A DNA stretch of 64,000 nucleotides from an uncultured bacterium (lineage in GTDB: Bacteria; Poribacteria; WGA-4E; WGA-3G): assembly GCA_964523645.1 (NCBI GenBank), contig CAZGAW010000004.1:8284-72283 (forward strand), given 5' to 3'. This document shows, in pieces, positions 29,836 through 38,683 of this stretch. Made by a program: the position numbers and the translations under genes. The first letter of the stretch is position 1. Every line of letters starts with the position of its first letter. The notes under the pieces were generated by a model. The model ran no database searches and had not been told where the DNA came from. It saw nothing but the letters and a program-made list of their open reading frames with translations.

Positions 29836-30675
29836 TTAACACCAGCACCCTTCCGTATACGCCTCACGATCAAATAACTTTTGACGGAACGGTGTCGCGT
29901 TTACCATCCACTCATCAGGGATTTCTTGCGTATAACGGTGCGGTGGTCCCGCCTCTTTGAAGATGTCAATAGCAAAGATACGATAAAGCTGCGGAGAATC
30001 CACAGGTTTCGCTTCCACTGCGTGGAAGATGCGCGCGTCAATGTAGACCATGCTACCCGGCGGTAATTCAAGCCGTTTTTCTTCCAGTTTGCGTCCAGCT
30101 TCTTCGTCGAAATCACCTGCGAGCATCCGTTCTGGAGTTGCTTCTTTCGTGGGTGCTACTTTATGGCTGCCCGAAATAACTTTGAGGTTCCGATCTCCAC
30201 GTGTGAAACCGTTCGGATAGTACAGAATCTGGATATAATAATTATCTCGCTCTGCGATGTTAACGGGGTTTTCATGCTTCCAATGGTGATGGTCCTGGTG
30301 GTATCCAAGTGGACCGATCCCGCGGGGTGCGATGTTAAGGGCAGAGTGGCAGAAATGGTATGCGTCGCCAATAGTCGTCTGTATGAGTGCCGTAATGAAG
30401 GGATCATCAATGAGCCGATCGCTGTATTCGCCACGATCGTTCCATGGGCGAATAAAGTAGGAGTGCTCCTGGGTGTGCCCGTTATTCAAAGACTCAATGT
30501 ACTGACGCGTTGGCTCAAAGTGCTGTGTAATCTCTTCAATCAATCCTTCTCTCCCGTCGTCTGTGAATACATCTGGATATGCGATGTAACCATTGTCATG
30601 AAAAGCGTCGATATCCGCCTGCGACGGACCCGATAATCGGAAAAGTGAATCAAGTGTCGTCGTTTCCATAGCCAT
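29836..30675 (-). CDS. PhyH-like Fe(II)/2OG dioxygenase family protein
   Basis: AAGGAG RBS. The likely start is the second Met (30669). His-rich HQDHHHWKHENP and a C-terminal IFHAVE motif. Confidence 0.5.
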   Translation of the reverse strand: MAMETTTLDSLFRLSGPSQADIDAFHDNGYIAYPDVFTDDGREGLIEEITQHFEPTRQYIESLNNGHTQEHSYFIRPWNDRGEYSDRLIDDPFITALIQTTIGDAYHFCHSALNIAPRGIGPLGYHQDHHHWKHENPVNIAERDNYYIQILYYPNGFTRGDRNLKVISGSHKVAPTKEATPERMLAGDFDEEAGRKLEEKRLELPPGSMVYIDARIFHAVEAKPVDSPQLYRIFAIDIFKEAGPPHRYTQEIPDEWMVNATPFRQKLFDREAYTEGCWC

Positions 30676-30815
30676 AACTCCTTACACAATTCGTAATTGC
30701 ATTCCCTAAGTTTGGTTTGACTTTTGGTTGATTTGAAAGTATAATTCTACCATTCTTTCGGTTTCTGAGGCTGCAAACCCTTAGTGTCTTATGTGAGATC
30801 AATAGGAGGAAAAAA

Positions 30816-31058
30816 ATGCAAAAACTCGACCGTATAACATTTAATCCAAATGTAATGGGCGGCAAGCCTTGTATCCGCGGCATGAGGGTCACTGTCGGAA
30901 CACTCGTCGGCCTGGTTGCTAGCGGCAATTCCGTCGAAGACATCCTGAAAGCCTACCCTTATGTAGAAGAAGAGGACATCCGTCAAGCTCTTACTTACGC
31001 TGCCTGGCGCGTTGAAGAAATTGAATTGCCCCTAGATATCTATGAAAATACTGATTGA
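30816..31058 (+). CDS. DUF433-family antitoxin-like protein
   Basis: AGGAGG RBS. The 80-aa protein has NPNVMGGKPCIRGMRVTV, typical of DUF433. Its stop overlaps the start of the next gene. Confidence 0.6.
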   Translation: MQKLDRITFNPNVMGGKPCIRGMRVTVGTLVGLVASGNSVEDILKAYPYVEEEDIRQALTYAAWRVEEIELPLDIYENTD

Positions 31059-31416
31059 TATGAACCTTTCTCTTGACTGGGTCAACATTTTTGAACAGCA
31101 CGGGTGGCATGCTGTTCACTGGCAAGAGATTGGTGATCCGCGCGCGCCAGATAGCACCATTATGGATTGGGCACGGGTAAATAACTATGTTGTGTTTACA
31201 CGTGATCTTGACTTTGGAAAGTTTCTGGCAACCACCCGTGCTCAAGGTCCAAGTGTAATTCAGGTTCGGAGACCGAACACGCTTCCTCACAATTTTGAAG
31301 ATTGGTTCGTCAATATTCTTCATCAGCACGAAGCAGCCTTAGAACGTGGTGCTTTACTTACCGTGGACGAAGGGCGAGGAAGAATGCGTCTTTTACCCTT
31401 TCCAACAGGTTTATAG
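31042..31416 (+). CDS. DUF5615-family PIN-like putative toxin
   Basis: MKILIDMNLS...VVFTRDLDF resembles DUF5615, a commonly recurring partner of DUF433. Confidence 0.55.
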   Translation: MKILIDMNLSLDWVNIFEQHGWHAVHWQEIGDPRAPDSTIMDWARVNNYVVFTRDLDFGKFLATTRAQGPSVIQVRRPNTLPHNFEDWFVNILHQHEAALERGALLTVDEGRGRMRLLPFPTGL

Positions 31417-31421
31417 TCTCC

Positions 31422-32894
31422 TCACATTTGACTGTGTCCATCTCGATTAAACTTCTCCAGCAATCCCGTCAGACGTTCCACAATTTCTGGGTGTTTGTCC
31501 CATAGGTTATTTGTTTCGGCTGGATCCTCGTAAATCTGATACAGTTGCCCGGGGACATCCGATTTCGGACCCCCATCGCGAGGAGGGGGCCATCCACCTG
31601 AACCTTGCGTACCCAGAATCAGCTTCCATCCGCCGTGTCGGATAGAGAAAACACCGGTACTGGAGTGATGCACGATAGTTTCGCGTAAAGGAACTTCTGT
31701 CTCTTCACCCAATAACACAGGCAAGACATTACAACTGTCCTGTCCAGCATCATCCGGGACTTCCTCCCCAACAATAGCAGCGCACGTCGCCATTAGATCC
31801 GTAAGGCAGGTTAACGCATCGGTTTGCGTATTGGGTGCAGTGACTCCGGGCCAGCGCGCAATCAGCGGTTCACGATGTCCACCTTCCCAGATATGCGCCT
31901 TATAGCCGCGCCAGTCACCGCACGACTTGTGGTCGTAGAGATGATACGGCATTGGACTATTATCGTCTTGAATTCGGTCGCCGGGCAATGCCCCGTTATC
32001 ACTCGTAACGAAGATGAGCGTCTCGTCGGTTTTGCCAGTACGTTCTAACGCATCCATGACCTCACCCACCATCCAATCAACAAGCCACACCAGATCACCA
32101 CGAGGCCCCGCACTGCTTTTGCCGCGAGCAAAGTCTGGAACGACTGCTTCTGTGCAAGGTTCATGCGGCGCGGAGGGAGTCAGATAGAGGAAGAAAGGCG
32201 CATCTGCCTCGGCTTGTTGCTCAATATATTCAACCGCTTTCTGCGCTATAATAGGATCGGCATCCTTATGTTCCCACCCCGGCACCATCATTCCCGGACG
32301 GCTCGTAAACTCTGGCACTTCATGATAGACACACGGGACCTCAACAAACGTATCGTTTTCAATAAAACCGTAAGGCGGTTGACAGGTTGGGCAACCGGAA
32401 TTACCGTAAAAATAGTCAAAGCCGAGGTCTACTGGACCGCCAGTCAATGGTGCATTGAAATCAATATGTTCCTCCAACTCGCGTCCTGCGTTCTGCCACG
32501 GCAGCGGTGCGTTGAAATCAAAATCGTATCCCGGCACCGTCGAAAATCCGAGCCCCAAATGCCATTTACCGACACATGCGGTATTGTAACCAGCATCTTT
32601 CAGCAATCGAGGAACTGTTAAGCGTTCGGGTTCGATAAGGGGTGGCTCATACCCGTAAAGCACGCCGTGTTTGAGACGACTTCGCCAGCAGTATCGTCCC
32701 GTTAAGACCCCGTATCGTGTCGGTGTACAGACCGCAGAGGGAGAGTGCGCATCGGTGAAGCGTATTCCCTCCTGTGCGAGCTTATCCATATTCGGAGTGG
32801 GAATTTTTGAGTCAGAATTATAGCAGCCGACATCACCGTATCCCATATCGTCTGCCATGATAAAAACAATGTTCGGAGAGGCGTGTGTATTCAT
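31422..32894 (-). CDS. sulfatase (Cys-type), paralog C
   Basis: AGGAA RBS. N-terminus IVFIMADDMGYGD and signature CTPTRYGVLTG. Confidence 0.85.
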   Translation of the reverse strand: MNTHASPNIVFIMADDMGYGDVGCYNSDSKIPTPNMDKLAQEGIRFTDAHSPSAVCTPTRYGVLTGRYCWRSRLKHGVLYGYEPPLIEPERLTVPRLLKDAGYNTACVGKWHLGLGFSTVPGYDFDFNAPLPWQNAGRELEEHIDFNAPLTGGPVDLGFDYFYGNSGCPTCQPPYGFIENDTFVEVPCVYHEVPEFTSRPGMMVPGWEHKDADPIIAQKAVEYIEQQAEADAPFFLYLTPSAPHEPCTEAVVPDFARGKSSAGPRGDLVWLVDWMVGEVMDALERTGKTDETLIFVTSDNGALPGDRIQDDNSPMPYHLYDHKSCGDWRGYKAHIWEGGHREPLIARWPGVTAPNTQTDALTCLTDLMATCAAIVGEEVPDDAGQDSCNVLPVLLGEETEVPLRETIVHHSSTGVFSIRHGGWKLILGTQGSGGWPPPRDGGPKSDVPGQLYQIYEDPAETNNLWDKHPEIVERLTGLLEKFNRDGHSQM

Positions 32895-32930
32895 TATAAT
32901 TCCTGAATAGGGATGTGATAATTATGATAG

Positions 32931-33079
32931 ATTTTAGAATTAATTAGACCTTCTAAAGAGGCGAGGTTAGTAAAGGAAACACCCAAGCAAAACACCTCGC
33001 CAGCGGTAGTGGAGGTTTTGCTTTTACTGAGATCGCCTTGCAGTGAGAGTTATTTGTAGGTTTTGCCATATATATCACA
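32931..33079 (-). repeat. conserved intergenic element (copy 2) upstream of sulfatase C, retaining a fossil sulfatase 3' end
   Basis: Homologous to 28031-28140. On the minus strand it contains tat ggc aaa acc tac aaa taa (YGKTYK-stop), identical to the last codons of sulfatase B but here non-coding. Confidence 0.5.
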
Positions 33080-34171
33080 TTATTGTAGTTTCGACTTTAA
33101 TTCAGCAAGATCCTTGTCAAGCGAGGCTTCTTCGGCATAACTCGAAAATTCGCGCTCTAATTTCGTGTCCTGATATGCGACATCCACCTCAGCCGCCGTT
33201 TTCGCTAAAGTAGCTGCCTCCGTTGCGTCCTGATCCATCTTCGCAAGCGTTTCAAAGGCTCTACTGTCGTGTATCTCTTTGAGCATCTCGCGGAGATGCG
33301 CTTCAGCATCAACGTTTCTGTTTTTCGCCACAACAGCTGCTTTTTTCCCTTCCGCTTCCATCATTTTCTGCTGAAGATGCTCAAGAAGATCACTGAGATC
33401 CCGGACGCTCTGTTTCTGTTCTTCCCACTGCTTCTTGTATTGATCTGCTAATCGTCGGTATTCGTTTCGTTTTTCGAGGTCCTCACGCGCCAAATCCTCA
33501 CGTTCGGCTTTAAGGGAAATGAGTGCCCGTTCTTGCCACTGTTCTGCTTGGACGACAGCCGCTTCATAAGCCTCCTGAAACTGTTTTTCAACCCCAATAG
33601 AGGCACCAACCTTCTCCCGCGCCTCCGAAAGCCGGTTTCTCATCTCAACGATGACGTTCTCTAAAACCCGTTCTGGGTCTTCAGTTTCAGTCTCAGTCTG
33701 CTCCGGTTCCGGTTCATATTTCACAACAACCGTTTCTGCTAATTTATCTCCGAGCCGTTGTTGTTTTTCTCCAAGGAACCAGAGTAAATCAAATGGTTGG
33801 AAGATACCTGAGAGTCGGCGAAGGAAAGCATCTTTGAAAGTACACGGCTTGCCATCCTTCAAACGAAGCACTTGCAGTGACAGCAGCTTCTTCCCTATGC
33901 CCTGACCTTTTCTGAAACCATCGAGAAAAAACAAACCAAATATCCACAAGGCACCACTGAATAGAGCACCAAATATGCTAACAAAACCGATGGTTAAGAT
34001 TGATCTGGAGGCACTGAAGGGTTCGAGAAACAGGACTGCTACAAGCGATAAAAGGAGTCCGAAGACTGATTGCACGGTACCTAAGAGCGCAATATCTATA
34101 AAAAGCGCGTATAAGCGTGTCATTCGGGATGCCAATTTGAATTTTTTCCCTGCAATCTTAATAGACTTCAT
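33080..34171 (-). CDS. RDD-family membrane domain fused to PspA/IM30 (ESCRT-III-like) coiled-coil domain
   Basis: N-terminal RDD pattern (RLYALFIDIALLG...GQGIGKKLLSLQVLRLKDGKP...RLGDKLAETVVV). The C-terminal ~200 aa align with PspA (LSEAREKV...QAEQWQERALISLKAEREDLAREDLEKRNEY...DAEAHLREMLKEI). Confidence 0.6.
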   Translation of the reverse strand: MKSIKIAGKKFKLASRMTRLYALFIDIALLGTVQSVFGLLLSLVAVLFLEPFSASRSILTIGFVSIFGALFSGALWIFGLFFLDGFRKGQGIGKKLLSLQVLRLKDGKPCTFKDAFLRRLSGIFQPFDLLWFLGEKQQRLGDKLAETVVVKYEPEPEQTETETEDPERVLENVIVEMRNRLSEAREKVGASIGVEKQFQEAYEAAVVQAEQWQERALISLKAEREDLAREDLEKRNEYRRLADQYKKQWEEQKQSVRDLSDLLEHLQQKMMEAEGKKAAVVAKNRNVDAEAHLREMLKEIHDSRAFETLAKMDQDATEAATLAKTAAEVDVAYQDTKLEREFSSYAEEASLDKDLAELKSKLQ

Positions 34172-34225
34172 CTTTGAATCCTAAAAATCTTTTTGTTTTT
34201 GTACAATACACATCTCGATGAACTG

Positions 34226-35404
34226 TCATTTTTGTACTTTCGCTTTCAATTCAGCAAGGTCTTTGTCAAGCGAGGTTTTTTCAGCATAACTTGCAAACTC
34301 ACGCTCCAATTTCATATCCTGATATGCGACATCGACTTCAGCCGCTGCTTTCGCTAAGGTGGCCGCCTCAGTCGCATCCTGCTCCGTCTTTACAAGCGTA
34401 TCAAATCTTCCGCTGTCCTGTATCTCTTTTAACATCTCACGCAGATGCGCTTCAGCATTGATGTTTCTGTGTTGTGCCATGACAACCGCTTTCTTCCCTT
34501 CCGCTGCCATTACTTTCTGTTGGAAATGTTCAAGAAGGTTGCTAAGTTCCCGAACGATCTGTTTCTGATTTTCCCACTGATTTTTGTATTGATCTGCCAA
34601 TCGTTGATACTCGTTCCGTTTTTCGAGGTCTTCGCGTGCCAGATCTTCACGTCCTGCTTTGAGAGAGATAATAGCGCGTTCTTGCCACCGTTCTGCTTGG
34701 ATAACGGCTCCTTCATAAGCATCCTGAAATTGTTTCTCAACGCCGATGGAGGCATCAACTTTTTCGCGCGCCTCTGAAAGCCTATTCGTCATCTCAGCGA
34801 TAACACTCTCTAAGACCCGTTCTGGGTCTTCAGTTTCAATTTCAACCTGCTCCGGTTCCGGTTCATATTTCACAACGACTGTCTCTGCGAATTTATCCCC
34901 TATTCGCTGCCGTTTTTTTCCAAAGGTCCAGAGGGAATCCAAGGGTTGAAAGACGCTTGTGAGTCGGCGAATAAAAGAATCTTTGAAAGTACACGGTTTA
35001 CCATCTTTCAATCTCAGCACCTGCAGTGATAGCAGTTTTTTGCCAAGTCCTTGCCCATTTTTGAAGCCATCCATGAGAAATAAACCGGCTGTCCACAGTG
35101 CTATACCGCCCGAGGCTAAGGTATCCGGATTATTATTTCCCCACGTCCACGGTCCGAAAACAAAAACTAAAAGTAATTGCGCGGCAACCAACACACTTTT
35201 TGGTAGTTTGGTTTTAGGTCCGAATATCCACAATAATGCGCTGAGCAATCCAATCTGAATGGGGCCAAAACTCATTGCTGCAAGAAAGAGGAACAAAACC
35301 ATTAGGATACTCGCTAAGAGCATGCCATCGATGAAAAACGCAAATAAGCGCGCGAATCGAGACCCTAATCTGAATTTTTTACCCGTAATTTCAATAAATT
35401 TCAT
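34226..35404 (-). CDS. RDD-PspA/IM30 fusion protein, tandem paralog with extra TM segments
   Basis: AGAGGA RBS. About 80% nucleotide identity to 33080-34171 over the PspA-like half. Confidence 0.6.
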   Translation of the reverse strand: MKFIEITGKKFRLGSRFARLFAFFIDGMLLASILMVLFLFLAAMSFGPIQIGLLSALLWIFGPKTKLPKSVLVAAQLLLVFVFGPWTWGNNNPDTLASGGIALWTAGLFLMDGFKNGQGLGKKLLSLQVLRLKDGKPCTFKDSFIRRLTSVFQPLDSLWTFGKKRQRIGDKFAETVVVKYEPEPEQVEIETEDPERVLESVIAEMTNRLSEAREKVDASIGVEKQFQDAYEGAVIQAERWQERAIISLKAGREDLAREDLEKRNEYQRLADQYKNQWENQKQIVRELSNLLEHFQQKVMAAEGKKAVVMAQHRNINAEAHLREMLKEIQDSGRFDTLVKTEQDATEAATLAKAAAEVDVAYQDMKLEREFASYAEKTSLDKDLAELKAKVQK

Positions 35405-35596
35405 CTTGAAAGTCCTCTACGCTTTCTACGGGAACATCTCGCGTGTTAGATTGAAACAGACAAACTTGCAGTGTTTCGCACCGCAGCATGGATCTCGGTT
35501 GAACATCAGTTCTGTGAATCCTACCGCGTTTTGTACATAATTATATAGAGTCTATGAAGGTGAGAAAAGATAGTAAAATGAACACCGGAAACGAAG

Positions 35597-35618
35597 GGCG
35601 AGGTATGGAGACCTCGCC
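35597..35618 (-). terminator. GC-rich hairpin GGCGAGGT-N6-ACCTCGCC 9 nt after the stop of the Gfo/Idh/MocA gene
   Basis: Member of the GGCGAGGT(T) hairpin family. The downstream U-tract is weak (cuucguuucc on the minus strand). Confidence 0.35.
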
Positions 35619-35626
35619 TCACAATT

Positions 35627-36685
35627 TTATAAAGTCGGTACCGTCACTGCAACTTCGCGGCCGCCTGCGTTTGAAGAGTCGATGACCCCCTGAATAATAA
35701 CGTTTGTGAGCAGCACGCCATACGGATCAATTGGCGAGGGCTTTCCTTCACGGACAGCGTCGATAAATGCTGAGTCCTCCTCATGGAAGACACTCACCGA
35801 TTCAAATTCGGTGAATTCTTGATCAAAAATCTCACCGTCTTTATCGCCGTAGACGCGTACACCCTCCTCTGGTCCGCGAACTTCTCCGATGCCGAGACGT
35901 AATCCCGCTTTTTTGCCGAGGAAAATCGTCCCACCAAGTGAGTCCATGTTCATGCACCAGCACGTCTTGAATACCATGCGTGCGCCGTTTTCAAAGACTA
36001 CCCAGCCGACACCGAAATCTTCTACTTCAGTTTCTTTAAGAGCAGGATTCCACGTGTTGTGGAGGCTTAGGTAGTTAGAAGTGATACCAGAGACCGCAAC
36101 CGGCTTGGGATGTCCCATTAGGTAGAGAGCCGTATCCAGTGCATAAACACCAATATCTGCAGATGCTCCTAAACCGGCTGTTGCCTTTCGGATGAAACTA
36201 CCGCCCGGATTTCCGCGTCGTCTATCTGCTACGGTTTCGACGTAGTAAATATCACCGAGTGTGCCAGCGTCAACAATCTCTTTCGCTTTAACGACCTGCG
36301 GTGAATACCGAAGTTTCAAACCGACCATGAGGATTTTATCGTTTTCTTTTGCGGCGCGCCACATTGAAGCTGCAGCGTCCAACGTCGCCTCCATCGGTTT
36401 CTCACAGAAAACATGTTTGCCTGCATTCAGCGCAGCGACAGTAGGTGCAGCATGCACACCTGTGGGGGTACAGACGTAAACTGCCTCGATTTCGTCCATT
36501 TTAAGCATTTCATTGTAATCAGTGAACGTACGCTCTATACCCCACTGTTCTTTCGCACGTTCCAGGTTTGCAGGGACGAGGTCGGCAGCAGCGATAATCT
36601 CGGCACCTTCAATCTCAGCAAGCGTTCGGCAGTGTGCGCCTGAGATACCACCCGCCCCAATCAAGCCTAATTTAACTGTTCTCAT
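35627..36685 (-). CDS. Gfo/Idh/MocA family NAD(P)-dependent oxidoreductase
   Basis: GAGGAG RBS 6 nt before ATG at 36685. N-terminal Rossmann LGLIGAGGISGAH. Confidence 0.8.
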   Translation of the reverse strand: MRTVKLGLIGAGGISGAHCRTLAEIEGAEIIAAADLVPANLERAKEQWGIERTFTDYNEMLKMDEIEAVYVCTPTGVHAAPTVAALNAGKHVFCEKPMEATLDAAASMWRAAKENDKILMVGLKLRYSPQVVKAKEIVDAGTLGDIYYVETVADRRRGNPGGSFIRKATAGLGASADIGVYALDTALYLMGHPKPVAVSGITSNYLSLHNTWNPALKETEVEDFGVGWVVFENGARMVFKTCWCMNMDSLGGTIFLGKKAGLRLGIGEVRGPEEGVRVYGDKDGEIFDQEFTEFESVSVFHEEDSAFIDAVREGKPSPIDPYGVLLTNVIIQGVIDSSNAGGREVAVTVPTL

Positions 36686-36959
36686 TTTCAACTCCTCATT
36701 AGGTATTGTATCTCCTTGATTTTAAGCTTTTCGCCTTTGAAAGTCAAGTGAAATTTTGAATCTCTCAACCAATACAGTTGCAAACCAGATTACCTTTTTT
36801 CTCCTCGACACATCTTTTGATGCAGCTTCCAAGGAAGATTGATGAAGTTTTCTAACCTCATCAGCAAAGGGGCTTCAGAAGGCTCCGTAGAGTTGATATT
36901 GACACAATTCCGAATCCATGCTATATTTCAAACAGATTATTACATTTGAGGAGCCTATT

Positions 36960-37991
36960 TTGAAAGCGGCACAATTTTACGGTGGAAAAGATATACGGGT
37001 TGAAACGGTACCGGATCCAACGCCTGAAGAAGGACAGGTGTTGGTACAAGTAGAGGCAACAGGCATCTGTGGTAGCGATCTGCACGGGTACCATCATCAG
37101 CCAGAGAAGCCTTTATCCCCACGCATTGGCGGACATGAATTGACAGGAAAAATTATTGACATAGGCAAAGGCGTTACGGGACATGAAAAAGGGATGCGTG
37201 TGGCGGTTGAACCGATCAGTCCGTGTAATAATTGTCCAGAATGCTTCAACGGCTATTACAACATCTGTGGGAACCTACGGCACGGTGGCGGTGGTTTTGC
37301 AGAGTATATGACCACCCGTACGCCAAATGTGTACACATTACCAGACAGTGTTTCTACTGAAGGCGGCGCATTAGCAGAGGTTTATGCTGTAGCCGTTCAT
37401 GCCGTCAACAGAGCCATGGTGTCACCTGGAGATCGTGTCGCTATTATCGGAAGCGGTCCCGTCGGGTTGACGATCGCTCAGGTAGCGGATATCGCCGGAG
37501 CAACCTCCATCGCTATGATCGGGAAGCCCGATGGTCCGGTACAGATCGCCCACGAAGTCGTTGGCGCTGTGCCTATCAATGTAGATAAAATGGATGCTGT
37601 CGAGGCTATCATGGATTGGAGTGACGGCAGAGGTGCCGATGTTGTCTTTGAAGCCGTCGGGGGTACTGCGAATACACTGGAACAGGCGACAGAAATTGCA
37701 GCGAAACGCGGAAGGGTCTGTATGGTTGGTGGACATCGCACCCCGCTCACCTTTTCAGAGCGGTTCGCTCGGAGTCGGGAGCTTACGGTCATCTGGTCGT
37801 TCTGTTACGGCAGACGGGGTGGAAAAACAGAGTTCCAAATTGCCATCGATCTACTCGCTGCGGGTAAACTCGATCCAAATCCATTAATCACGCATCGGTT
37901 CAACTTGGACGATATTACGGAAGCATTCGCCGTCGCAGCCGGACGCGATGAACACGGCTCCGTCAAAGTTCTCGTAATCCCCAATAATTAG
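36960..37991 (+). CDS. zinc-dependent alcohol/polyol dehydrogenase (MDR family)
   Basis: GAGGAG RBS before the TTG at 36960. The longer ORF from 36918 lacks an RBS. GICGSDLHGY and GHELTG zinc motifs, and a GxGxxG NAD site. Confidence 0.75.
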   Translation: MKAAQFYGGKDIRVETVPDPTPEEGQVLVQVEATGICGSDLHGYHHQPEKPLSPRIGGHELTGKIIDIGKGVTGHEKGMRVAVEPISPCNNCPECFNGYYNICGNLRHGGGGFAEYMTTRTPNVYTLPDSVSTEGGALAEVYAVAVHAVNRAMVSPGDRVAIIGSGPVGLTIAQVADIAGATSIAMIGKPDGPVQIAHEVVGAVPINVDKMDAVEAIMDWSDGRGADVVFEAVGGTANTLEQATEIAAKRGRVCMVGGHRTPLTFSERFARSRELTVIWSFCYGRRGGKTEFQIAIDLLAAGKLDPNPLITHRFNLDDITEAFAVAAGRDEHGSVKVLVIPNN

Positions 37992-38000
37992 GGAGGGAAA

Positions 38001-38636
38001 ATGGAAACTCTTAAACTGCTTATATTTGTCGGAACAGAAGGGATTTACCACGACCATGCAGGGAACGGACAGTTCCTGACGGCGATGCTCAACGACACCG
38101 ATAATATTGAAGCCGATTTCTCGCAAGACTACAACGTACTTGCCAATGGACTTGACGGATACGACACCGTGCTTTTCTACACTGATGTTGGGGCCCTCAC
38201 GTCCGCACAAGAAACAGGTCTACTCGACTATATCCGAACAGGCGGTGGGTTTTTCGGATTGCACACCGCAGCCGCTTCGTTCAGAGAAGCTGAAGGCTAC
38301 CATGGTATGCTCAACGGGTTCTTCGACGGACACAGCCCGTATATGGACTTCACCGTTAATGTGAGTGATACCGAGCATCCGATCACCCAAGGATTAGCCG
38401 ATTTTGGGGTGACCGATGAACTCTACTATCTAAAGCACAATCCCGACACATCGCATCACCTGATGTACGCATACGATGAGACGAAAGATGAAACGCACGT
38501 CATGGCGTTTCACCATACGTATGGCGAGGGTAGGGTTTTTTACTTTGCGCTCGGACACGATATGGCAGTGTTGGAGAACCCCAGTTTTCAGGCGGTTATT
38601 CAACGGGGCGCATTGTGGGCAGGCAATCAACTTTGA
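38001..38636 (+). CDS. ThuA-like type-1 glutamine amidotransferase-fold protein
   Basis: 10 bp downstream of the ADH gene. The 211-aa protein has a ThuA-like N-terminus LLIFVGTEGIYHDH. No catalytic claim is made. Confidence 0.5.
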   Translation: METLKLLIFVGTEGIYHDHAGNGQFLTAMLNDTDNIEADFSQDYNVLANGLDGYDTVLFYTDVGALTSAQETGLLDYIRTGGGFFGLHTAAASFREAEGYHGMLNGFFDGHSPYMDFTVNVSDTEHPITQGLADFGVTDELYYLKHNPDTSHHLMYAYDETKDETHVMAFHHTYGEGRVFYFALGHDMAVLENPSFQAVIQRGALWAGNQL

Positions 38637-38683
38637 AAAAACTGTAATGGGCGGATACGAGGATCCGCCCTTATTTATTTCTG

